From a bacterium (GTDB lineage: Bacteria; Sysuimicrobiota; Sysuimicrobiia; Sysuimicrobiales; Segetimicrobiaceae): a stretch of 64,000 bases of DNA. The notes beneath the pieces were generated by a model. That model was not told the DNA's origin. It saw only the letters and a program-made list of their open reading frames with translations, and made no database searches. The stretch lies in the NCBI GenBank assembly GCA_035934535.1, contig DASYXS010000091.1:20580-84579 (forward strand), read 5' to 3'. Below are positions 1-7,426 of this stretch, one piece after another. Numbering within the stretch: the stretch's first letter is position 1; each line of letters starts with the position of its first letter. A program made the position numbers and the translations under genes.

Positions 1-1
1 A

Positions 2-721
2 GGCGGGGTCGGCTGCACCGCCATCGCGCTCCACCTCGCCGCGGCGCTTGCCCGGCACGGGACCGCGGCCCTCGTCGATGCCGACGCGCCGCCGTTCGGC
101 GCCATGACCGCCGCGGCCGACCTGGACACCGGTTCCAGCATCGCCGCGCTCGTGCGGCAGCGTCTTCCGATCGAGCCGCGGGTGCTTCGGCGCGTCGGAC
201 TCGCGCACGCCGCGGGTTTTGCGACGTTCGCCCTCTGGGCGGCGCCGGGGGACGCCGATGAAGTCGCCGACGCCATCCCGGCGACGCTGGATGCCCTGAC
301 CGCAAGCCTGCCCTTCGTGGTGGTCGATCTCGGCCGTCCGGTGCTGCCGGCGCAGCGGCTGCTGGCCCGGCGCGCCGCGGTGGCGGTGGCCGTCGCCGCC
401 CTCGATCTGCTGGCGCTGCGGAGCGTCCGCACGCTCATCGACCTGCTGGCCTCGGACGGCGTCGCCCGGATCCTACCGGTGCTCAATCGTGACGGCGGCG
501 CGGCCTCGTACACCGTAGGGCAGGCGGAGGCGGCGCTCGGGATGCCGTTCGCCGCCGTGCTGCCGGAGACGCCTCGGCTGCGCGGCTGCCTGGACGACGG
601 CACGCTCGTCGGCGCCGCCGCACCCGAGGACCCGTGGTGGCGCCGCATCGAGGGCATCGCGCTGGACATTGTCGACCGCCGGCGCCGGGAATTCCGCGGC
701 GCCCTCGGCTCGACGGCGTGA
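2..721 (+). CDS. TadZ/CpaE-like pilus assembly protein (ParA/MinD fold), 5'-truncated by window edge
   Basis: The frame is open from nt 2 (GGVGCTAIALHLAAALARHG..LVDAD) into listed ORF 104..721. The C-terminal part (LPVLNRDGG..GQAEAALGMPFAAVLPE) is CpaE-like. It lies directly upstream of cpaF-tadB-tadC. Confidence 0.55.
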   Translation, partial: GGVGCTAIALHLAAALARHGTAALVDADAPPFGAMTAAADLDTGSSIAALVRQRLPIEPRVLRRVGLAHAAGFATFALWAAPGDADEVADAIPATLDALTASLPFVVVDLGRPVLPAQRLLARRAAVAVAVAALDLLALRSVRTLIDLLASDGVARILPVLNRDGGAASYTVGQAEAALGMPFAAVLPETPRLRGCLDDGTLVGAAAPEDPWWRRIEGIALDIVDRRRREFRGALGSTA

Positions 722-768
722 GCCACCCGCGTCAACCGTCCGGTCCGTCCGCGGCGCCGGCCGGCCGG

Positions 769-2007
769 ATGCCGGTCCCCGGCGATATCCGCGCCGCCCT
801 CTACGCGCGGCTGCTGGATGATGTCGAACGGCACGCGCTTGCGGGACAGGACCGCGCGATCGTGCGGTCCTACCTCGAAGAGATCCTCGCGCGGTACCTG
901 CGGGAGTACCCGCACCTTTCCCAGGCCGAGACCGACCGCATCATCCGCGATCTGTGCGACGACATCGTGGGGTTTGGACCGCTCGAACCGCTGCTGCGGG
1001 ATCCTCACATCACCGACATCATGGTGAACCGGTACGACCGGGTCTACGCCCAGCGCCACGGCGTCAAGGTCCAGACCGCCGTGCGGTTCCGCGACGAAGA
1101 GCACCTGCGCTTCGTCATCGCCCGGATTGCCGAGCTTGGCGGCCGCCGCATCGACGCGTCGACGCCGATGGCGGACGTCAGGATGCCGCAGGGCTTCCGT
1201 GCGCACGCGGCGATTCCGCCGGTCGCCGTCGGCGGATCGTGCCTCGCGATCCGTCTCTTTCCGGCGCAGCCGCACACGCTCGACGGCCTGGTCGGCCGCG
1301 GCGCCTTCGGCCCCGAGGTCGCGGACTACCTCACGCACGCGGTACGCCACAAGCTGAACGTGCTGTTCACGGGCGGGACCGGCGCCGGCAAGACGAGCCT
1401 GCTGAACGCCTGCGCCGCGGCGATGTCGCCGGACGAACGTGTCGTGTCGATCGAAGAAGCGGCGGAGCTGCGGCTCCCGCTCGACAACTGGATCCGCTGG
1501 GAGACCCGCGCGCCGAACATCGAGGGCCGGGGCGAGATCACGCAGGCCCATCTCGTACGGCACGCGCTGCGGCAGAACCCGGATCGCATCATCGTGGGCG
1601 AGGTTCGCGGGGGCGAAGCCCTGGACATGCTGCAGGCGATGAACACGGGCCACCGTGGGAGCATGAGCACGCTGCACGCCAACGGGCCCGTCCATGCGCT
1701 CGACCGGCTCGAGGTGCTGGCGCGGTGGGACTCGGGGCTGCCGGGCGATGTCGTCCGCCGGCTCATCGCCGGCGCGATCGAGACAATCGTCCACCTCGAG
1801 CGGCGCCCCGACGGACGCCGCGCCGTGGTGGAGATCAGCGAGGTGACCGGATCCGATCGCGACGCCGTTCAGCTGCAGACGGTGTTCCGCTGGGATCGCG
1901 ACCGCGACGCGCCCGCCTGGACCGGCGTGCCGTCCCGCCTGCGCCAGCGTTTGCGCCGACTCGGCGCGCCCGCGCCGTTGTTCGAGACCAGGCCGGCGGC
2001 CGGATAG
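769..2007 (+). CDS. cpaF: Tad/Flp pilus secretion ATPase CpaF/TadA
   Basis: Walker A FTGGTGAGKTSLLNA. Also GEVRGGEALDMLQAMNTGHRGSMSTLHAN, typical of the VirB11/CpaF family. ATG at 769 chosen; GTG at 718 (GTGA overlap with the upstream stop) is an alternative start. Confidence 0.9.
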   Translation: MPVPGDIRAALYARLLDDVERHALAGQDRAIVRSYLEEILARYLREYPHLSQAETDRIIRDLCDDIVGFGPLEPLLRDPHITDIMVNRYDRVYAQRHGVKVQTAVRFRDEEHLRFVIARIAELGGRRIDASTPMADVRMPQGFRAHAAIPPVAVGGSCLAIRLFPAQPHTLDGLVGRGAFGPEVADYLTHAVRHKLNVLFTGGTGAGKTSLLNACAAAMSPDERVVSIEEAAELRLPLDNWIRWETRAPNIEGRGEITQAHLVRHALRQNPDRIIVGEVRGGEALDMLQAMNTGHRGSMSTLHANGPVHALDRLEVLARWDSGLPGDVVRRLIAGAIETIVHLERRPDGRRAVVEISEVTGSDRDAVQLQTVFRWDRDRDAPAWTGVPSRLRQRLRRLGAPAPLFETRPAAG

Positions 2008-2011
2008 CGCC

Positions 2012-2935
2012 GTGGTGCTCGTCGCATTCCTGGCGCTGCTGTCGGCGGTCCTATTCGCCGGCGGCCGCGATGCGGCGAGCGCGCCGCGACCGGCCGCGCG
2101 CAGGCTGCTCCGGTATCTGAGGCACGACGCGTCTCGCAACGATGGGCGCGCCGTCTTTGCCCGCGCCGATCGCCTCGTCCTCCGGATGCCGTTCGGCGCC
2201 GCCCTCGAGCGGCACCTCGCACAGGCCGGCGCCGTCATGCCCGTGTCCGCGTTCCTCCTCTGGACCGCGGCCGGCGTCTCGACCGCGGCGGGGCTCGCGA
2301 GCGCGCTCGTCGGGGCGCGCCTCGGCGTCCTCGCCGCGCCGGTCGCGGCGATTGGGGCGCACGCCCTGCTGCAAACGGCGCGGGGACGCCGGATCCGGCG
2401 GATGGAGACGCAGCTGCCCGGCGCACTCGACATGCTGGTGGGCCAGCTCCGGTCCCATCGGTCGATCGGCGAGGCCATCTCCGACGTCGCGCAGTGGATC
2501 CCGGAGCCGCTCGGCGGCGAATGGGCCAGGGTCGCCGAGGAACTGCGACTCGGCGAGCCGCTGCCGCGAGCATTGGAACGTCTTCGAGACAGGGTGCCCG
2601 CGCCCGCGGTCCCGGCGATCGCCACCGCGATTGCCGTCGCGGATCGCACCGGCGCCAATCTGGCGGAGTGCCTCATCCGCCAGGCGGCCGCGGCGCGCGC
2701 GCAGATCGCGTTTCGCCACGAGGTGAGCGCGCTGACCGCCCACGCCCGCGCGACGGGGGCGACCCTGGCCTTCCTTCCCGTGGTCGTCGCGGGGGCGATG
2801 GTGCTCCTCGACCCCGGCGTGTTTGCCCCAATGGTGGACACCGCGCCGGGCCGTATCCTGCTCGGTGCGGCGGCCGTCATGGAGTTCGCGGGCTGGCAGA
2901 TCGTCCGTTGGATGATCCGGCGCGTGGAGCCGTGA
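2012..2935 (+). CDS. tadB: TadB-like type II secretion system F-domain membrane protein
   Basis: N-terminal TM segment, central soluble T2SSF-like region (LPGALDMLVGQLRSHRSIGEAI..) and C-terminal TM helices. Positioned after cpaF. Confidence 0.7.
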   Translation: MVLVAFLALLSAVLFAGGRDAASAPRPAARRLLRYLRHDASRNDGRAVFARADRLVLRMPFGAALERHLAQAGAVMPVSAFLLWTAAGVSTAAGLASALVGARLGVLAAPVAAIGAHALLQTARGRRIRRMETQLPGALDMLVGQLRSHRSIGEAISDVAQWIPEPLGGEWARVAEELRLGEPLPRALERLRDRVPAPAVPAIATAIAVADRTGANLAECLIRQAAAARAQIAFRHEVSALTAHARATGATLAFLPVVVAGAMVLLDPGVFAPMVDTAPGRILLGAAAVMEFAGWQIVRWMIRRVEP

Positions 2936-2945
2936 GCGACGCGCG

Positions 2946-3632
2946 ATGAGCGGTTGGGACGTTGTGGCGGCGATGGGGCTCCTCGATGCCGCGCTGTGGG
3001 CCTGCGCCGTCATCCCGCGCCCGCCGGCGCCGGCGTTCCAACGGCTCGTCACTCACTGCCGCGCGTCCGGGGGAAACGCCGCGCCGCAGGGCTTCGAGCG
3101 TTCGCCCTCCGGCAAACGGACCGAGCCGGGATCCGCGGCCCGCCCCCGGCGGCGCTCCGGCCGCGCGGCGGATCTTCGCGCGCTTCGGCAGGCGCTTCCG
3201 GACGCGCTGGACACGCTCGCCCTCTGCCTGCGCGCCGGCCTCGGTTTGCACGAGGCCGTGGCCGAATACGCGAAGACCGCCACCGGCTCCGCCGGCGATG
3301 CGTTTCGAGGGTATCTGGCGGAACTCGCAGTCGGCCGGGCGCCGGATGACGCGCTCGAGGGCTTGGCCCGACGCTATCCGCTCGACGAGGTCGCCGCCGC
3401 GGCCGCGGCGGTCGCGCAGAGCCTGCGCATCGGCGCGCCGCTCGCCGAGGTGTTCGAAACACAGGCGGCCCACTGCCGGGCGCTCGCGCTTCATCGGTCT
3501 CGCGAGGCGGCGCACAAACTCTCGACACAACTCGTGCTGCCGCTCGTGGTGTTCTTCTTTCCGGCGGTGTTCATCATCGGGCTCGGTCCCGTCGCGCTCA
3601 GGATCGCCCGCCTCGCCGGTGTGATTCGATGA
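2946..3632 (+). CDS. tadC: TadC-like type II secretion system F-domain membrane protein
   Basis: T2SSF-like core (LPDALDTLALCLRAGLGLHEAV..) plus a C-terminal TM pair (LVLPLVVFFFPAVFIIGLGPV). Last gene of the tad string. Confidence 0.7.
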   Translation: MSGWDVVAAMGLLDAALWACAVIPRPPAPAFQRLVTHCRASGGNAAPQGFERSPSGKRTEPGSAARPRRRSGRAADLRALRQALPDALDTLALCLRAGLGLHEAVAEYAKTATGSAGDAFRGYLAELAVGRAPDDALEGLARRYPLDEVAAAAAAVAQSLRIGAPLAEVFETQAAHCRALALHRSREAAHKLSTQLVLPLVVFFFPAVFIIGLGPVALRIARLAGVIR

Positions 3633-3693
3633 CGCCTATCGTGTGTACCGCCGCGACGTGCCGGCTCCGTTAATGTTAGATGGAGGAACGCCG

Positions 3694-3962
3694 ATGGCGA
3701 CCGATGCCTTGGAGGCCCGCATCACTCACTTCGAAGGTGCGTTTGACCAGATGGACAAGCGCGTCGGATCCGTCGAAGCGCGGCCCGGATCCGTCGAAAC
3801 GCGCCTTAGCCCTCTAGAACATCAGTCCAGGATTTCCGGCTGGAAGTTCATGCGGATTTCCGCGGTCTTCGGGCCGAGATGCGCGAGCAGTTTCGTTGGG
3901 TTCTCGGCCTTCTGGTCGTAGCGATCCTGTCTCCGGCGATCCTCCGGCTGCTAGGCCACTGA
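3694..3962 (+). pseudogene. Small coiled-coil protein with C-terminal TM anchor, apparently interrupted by a frameshift (or sequencing error)
   Basis: GGAGG lies 7 nt before ATG 3694. The N-terminal part (MATDALEARITHFEGAFDQMDKRVGSVEARPGSVETRLSPLE) is in frame 1. The expected continuation (TSVQDFRLEVHADFRGLRAEMREQFRWVLGLLVVAILSPAILRLLGH*) is in frame 0, open from 3810 to TGA 3960-3962. The in-frame ORF itself ends at 3921. Confidence 0.4.
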
Positions 3963-3974
3963 CGTTTCCCGATC

Positions 3975-4388
3975 CTAGAAGTAGAAGGTCGACCCCGGCA
4001 GCGCCTTGGTCAAGCCCTGTCCCAGCAGCGCCGCCCACTGTTTCGCCACGTGCATCGGCGAGCCGGCGCCCTGGGCGTCCGCCGGCGTCACCGTGAACAC
4101 AAGGATGTTGCCGACCGTGATCACCGCGTCCGCGCCGTCCTTTCGGACGGCCACCACGGCGCCCTGCCGCAATTGCGGCGTGCTGAGGACCTGCGTGATC
4201 CGCCGTGTGACTTCCGTCGCGCGGTCGGCCGCGCTCACGCCGGCCCAATCGTGGGTGATCCGGGTGATCCAGACGCCGCCCACCGAGATGTCCCGTGGAT
4301 CCGCGAACGCCGGCCCGGCAATTCCGGCGACGACGGCGGCGCCGGCGAGCAGCGCGGCGATGACAATCGTGCGGCGAACCGGCATCAT
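3975..4388 (-). CDS. Secreted protein of unknown function, paralog A (137 aa)
   Basis: Signal peptide ..AALLAGAAVVAGIAGPAFA|DPRD. High GC3. SD-like GGAGAGAGG upstream. About 70% identical (hand alignment) to the neighbouring ORF 4463..4876. Confidence 0.65.
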   Translation of the reverse strand: MMPVRRTIVIAALLAGAAVVAGIAGPAFADPRDISVGGVWITRITHDWAGVSAADRATEVTRRITQVLSTPQLRQGAVVAVRKDGADAVITVGNILVFTVTPADAQGAGSPMHVAKQWAALLGQGLTKALPGSTFYF

Positions 4389-4462
4389 GGGCCTCTCTCC
4401 GTCCGTCTGACTAAGGCCTTCTTACCCACTTACGCCGGTTCTGGGACGCGGACGCCCGCTGT

Positions 4463-4876
4463 CTAGAACCCGTGGAAGTTGGAGCCTGGGAGGGCCTTGG
4501 TGAGACCTTCCGCCAAGAGCCGCGCCCACTGCTTCGCCACGTAGAGCGTGGTGCCCGAGCCCTTGGCGTCCGCCGGTGTGACGGTGAAGACGAGGATCTT
4601 CCCTACGGTGACCTGGGCGTCCGCGCCGCTCTGGCTGACGCTGACCACGGCCCCCTCCCGGAGCTCCGGGGTGCTGAGGATCTGCGTAATCCGCCGCGTG
4701 ATTTCCGTCGCGCGCTGCTCGGCGGTATAGCCGTTCGACGGCTGGGTGATTCTGGTGATGTAGACGCCACCCACGGATATGTCCCGTGGATCTGCGAACG
4801 CCGGACTCCCCGCCCCCGCGACGACGGCGGCCCCGATCAACAGTATGATCGCGCGAAACGCGCCCCGAGCGTGCAT
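4463..4876 (-). CDS. Secreted protein of unknown function, paralog B (137 aa)
   Basis: Signal peptide ..LLIGAAVVAGAGSPAFA|DPRD. Same length and architecture as 3975..4388. G-rich SD-like run upstream. Confidence 0.65.
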   Translation of the reverse strand: MHARGAFRAIILLIGAAVVAGAGSPAFADPRDISVGGVYITRITQPSNGYTAEQRATEITRRITQILSTPELREGAVVSVSQSGADAQVTVGKILVFTVTPADAKGSGTTLYVAKQWARLLAEGLTKALPGSNFHGF

Positions 4877-4943
4877 ATGCCCCCCCCTTTTTGTGGTGCT
4901 CCGGCGTGCTGATGTCCGGCCCGCCGCCCCGCGATCGTTCCGG

Positions 4944-6908
4944 TCAGGAGACCGGTGCGCCGCTCGGGATGTCCTTCTCCGGCGTCAGCAGAATGACCTG
5001 ATCCCCGTGGCTGGCCGCGAGCAGCATCCCCTGCGACTCCACGCCCCGCACCTTTCGCGGCTGGAGGTTGGCCACGACGACGATCTTCCGTCCGACGAGA
5101 TCCGCCGGCCGGTAGTGCTGGGCGATCCCCGCCGCGAGCGTGCGGGTCTCGTCGCCGATCTTGATGTGCAGTTCCAGCAGCTTGTCCGCGCCCGCGACCG
5201 CCTTGGCCTCGAGGATCTCGGCGATGCGAAGCTCGACCTTCTTGAACTCGTCGATCGAGATCTGGCTCACCACGTTCCCCCTTGTCGTGACGTCTCCGTC
5301 CGCCGCCGCCTTGGACGTTGCGGCCTCCCGCGATTTCGCCGCGGTCTTGGTGTCGATCCTCGGAAAGATCGGCGGCCCGGGCCGGACAGGCGCGCCCGTC
5401 TGGAGGCCGCCCCACTGCGCGGCCTGCGCGAGCCGCTGGGTCACCGGTGAGCCGTCGAGGCCCAGCTGGTCCCAGGCCCGCTGCGTCGCGGCCGGCAGCC
5501 ACGGCGAGAGCAGGACCGTGGCGACGCGGGCGGCTTCGAGGGTGTTGTAGAGAATCGTCCCGGCCCGGCCGGCGTTCCCCGCGCCGAACTCGCGCCAGGG
5601 CGCCTCGCGGTCGAGGTACGCGTTGGCCGCGCCGAGGACTTCCCAGATCGTCTCGAGCGCGGTGCGGAAGTCGAGCCGGTCGATGAGCCCGTCGAGGCGT
5701 CCGGCGGCGGCCGCGGCCGTCTCCCGGAGAACGACGTCGCCCCCGGCCTCCGGCCCGCGCGCGGGGACGCGGCCGTCGAAATGGCGCTCCACGAGCGGCA
5801 GCGTACGGTTGAGCAGGTTGCCGTAGTCGTTCGCGAGGTCGGCGTTGAAGCGGTGGATCAGCGCGGGCTTGCTGAAGTCGCCGTCCGATCCGAACGGAAT
5901 CTCGCGCAGCAGAAAGTACCGGATCGCGTCGATCGCGACGTCCACCTCGGCGCCCGATTCGGCGGCGACCTCCTGCCCGAGCGCGTACGGATCGAGGACG
6001 GTGCCGAGGGACTTGCTGAACTTCTGCCCGCCGAAGGTGAGCCAGCCGTGCGCGAACGTCTGCTTCGGGACCGGGATGCCGGCGGCGTGGAGGATGATCG
6101 GCCAGATCACCGCGTGGAACCGCACGATCTCCTTGCCGACGAGGTGGACGTCCGCCGGCCAGTACCGCGCGAACCGCTCCGGATTGTCGAGATAGCCGGC
6201 CGCGGTAATGTAGTTGGTGAGCGCGTCGATCCAGACGTAGATCACGTGCTTGGGATCGAACGGCACCGGGATGCCCCACGTGAACGTGGTGCGGCTGACC
6301 GCGATGTCCTTGAGCCCGGAGCGGAGCAGCGAGAGGACCTCGCTGCGCGGGCCGTCCGGCGCCAGCACGTGCGGGTCGGCTTCGATGTACTCGAGGAGCC
6401 AGTCGCGGTACTTCGAGAGGCGAAACAGGTACGATTCCTCGGACGTCCACTCGACCGGCCGGTTGGTGTGAATCGGACACGTCCTGCCCGGCCCCAATTC
6501 CGTCTCCGCGTAGTAGCTCTCGCACGGGGCGCAGTACCAGCCCTCGTAGGTGCCCTTGTAGATGTCGCCCCGCTCGAAGAGGCGGGTGAAGATCGCCTGC
6601 ACGACCTTGGCGTGGCGCGGCTCGGTTGTGCGGATGAAGTCGTCGTTGGAGATGTTGAGGCGGCGCCACAGCGTCTGGAACTCGCCGGCGATCCGGTCGC
6701 ACCACTGCTGCGGCGAGACGTGGTGGCGCTCCGCGACGCGCGCGATGTTGACGCCGTGTTCGTCCGTTCCCGTGAGGAAGAAGACGTCGTACCCGGCGAG
6801 CCGCTTGAACCGCGCCGCGACGTCCGCCGCGATCGTGGTGTAGGCATGCCCGATGTGCGGCTCGCCGTTCACGTAATAGATGGGGGTCGTAATATAGTAG
6901 GTCGTCAT
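4944..6908 (-). CDS. metG: Methionyl-tRNA synthetase with C-terminal tRNA-binding (Trbp111/EMAP-like) domain
   Basis: MTTYYITTPIYYVNGEPHIGHAYTT (HIGH motif) and GGQKFSKSLG (KMSKS motif). C-terminal ..VELRIAEILEAKAVAGADKLLELHIKIG... ATG at 6908 is preceded by GGAGGG. The listed ORF start at 7064 runs into the leader. Confidence 0.95.
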   Translation of the reverse strand: MTTYYITTPIYYVNGEPHIGHAYTTIAADVAARFKRLAGYDVFFLTGTDEHGVNIARVAERHHVSPQQWCDRIAGEFQTLWRRLNISNDDFIRTTEPRHAKVVQAIFTRLFERGDIYKGTYEGWYCAPCESYYAETELGPGRTCPIHTNRPVEWTSEESYLFRLSKYRDWLLEYIEADPHVLAPDGPRSEVLSLLRSGLKDIAVSRTTFTWGIPVPFDPKHVIYVWIDALTNYITAAGYLDNPERFARYWPADVHLVGKEIVRFHAVIWPIILHAAGIPVPKQTFAHGWLTFGGQKFSKSLGTVLDPYALGQEVAAESGAEVDVAIDAIRYFLLREIPFGSDGDFSKPALIHRFNADLANDYGNLLNRTLPLVERHFDGRVPARGPEAGGDVVLRETAAAAAGRLDGLIDRLDFRTALETIWEVLGAANAYLDREAPWREFGAGNAGRAGTILYNTLEAARVATVLLSPWLPAATQRAWDQLGLDGSPVTQRLAQAAQWGGLQTGAPVRPGPPIFPRIDTKTAAKSREAATSKAAADGDVTTRGNVVSQISIDEFKKVELRIAEILEAKAVAGADKLLELHIKIGDETRTLAAGIAQHYRPADLVGRKIVVVANLQPRKVRGVESQGMLLAASHGDQVILLTPEKDIPSGAPVS

Positions 6909-7250
6909 GATGCCCTCCAAAACAAAATGCCCCTCGTCATCGGGACGAGAGGCGGACGCCTCCGTGGTACCACCCACGTGTGCCCGCATTCCGCGGGCCT
7001 CGGCCGTTCCTCGGCGCGGACCGCGATCCGGCCGGTCCGTGCCTGTAGAACGCCGCCCTCTCACGCGGGCGCCGCGTCCGCGCCTACTAGGCCTGGCAGG
7101 ATCCCTTTCGGAATCCGACCGGCGGTTCGGCCGGCAGCTCCGGAGCCATGTTCGGTCCGCCGCTCCCGCCGGCTTGCACCTGATCCGGCTCGCTCAGCCC
7201 GCGCGGGCTCCGGGTCGGCGGGCGGACGTACTCCCGCTCCGTCATCGCTT
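6909..7250 (-). promoter_or_regulatory. T-box riboswitch leader controlling metG
   Basis: Minus strand carries: GA/K-turn and AGUA elements (GCGATGACGGAGCGGGAGTACG); AG bulge AGCGA; distal-loop GGTGCAA (GGUGNRA); ..CCGAACATGGC.. with AUG at the specifier position; and the T-box sequence ACGTGGGTGGTACCACGG (6962-6975). A terminator hairpin follows, immediately 5' of the metG ATG. Confidence 0.8.
6919..6952 (-). terminator. Intrinsic terminator of the T-box expression platform
   Basis: Minus strand CCTCTCGTC-CCGAT-GACGAGGGG forms a 9-bp stem and is followed by CATTTTGTTTT. Its 5' arm overlaps the region that would pair with the T-box antiterminator. Confidence 0.75.
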
Positions 7251-7256
7251 TCGTCT

Positions 7257-7286
7257 ACTGTACGGGGACCGGCCGCGACTTGTCAA
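7257..7286 (-). promoter_or_regulatory. Sigma-70-type promoter for the metG T-box leader
   Basis: Minus strand TTGACA (7286-7281), 18-nt spacer, TACAGT (7262-7257). Confidence 0.5.
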
Positions 7287-7426
7287 TAAGGACACGCCGA
7301 AGGCAAGAAGGACTTGACGTCAAGTATTCAGAAAAATGCCAGCGATTGGTTGCGTGGTCCCTGTTTCTGCCTGTCCTCTCCATCCACCCTAGCCCAACGA
7401 GAACCGTTCTTGCGGGAGGCATGTAA

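Noticed and set aside
634-768. N-terminal 45-aa extension of cpaF in the listed ORF 634..2007.
   Set aside because: The extension overlaps the tadZ-like gene and is Arg/Pro-rich. Conserved CpaF sequence begins after ATG 769 (GTG 718 is possible).
3643-3921. Whether the small ORF after tadC is the Flp pilin of the Tad system.
   Set aside because: It has no Flp-type leader (G/XXXXEY) or N-terminal hydrophobic pilin helix. It is a charged coiled coil. The pilin and prepilin peptidase are presumably upstream of the window.
7155-7165. Reading the metG T-box specifier as CAU (His) instead of AUG (Met).
   Set aside because: By strict analogy with glyQS (GAA-codon-purine) the triplet after GAA is CAU. 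However, the regulated gene is unambiguously MetRS and AUG overlaps one nucleotide downstream. I keep Met as the working call and flag the ambiguity rather than claiming a His-responsive metG.
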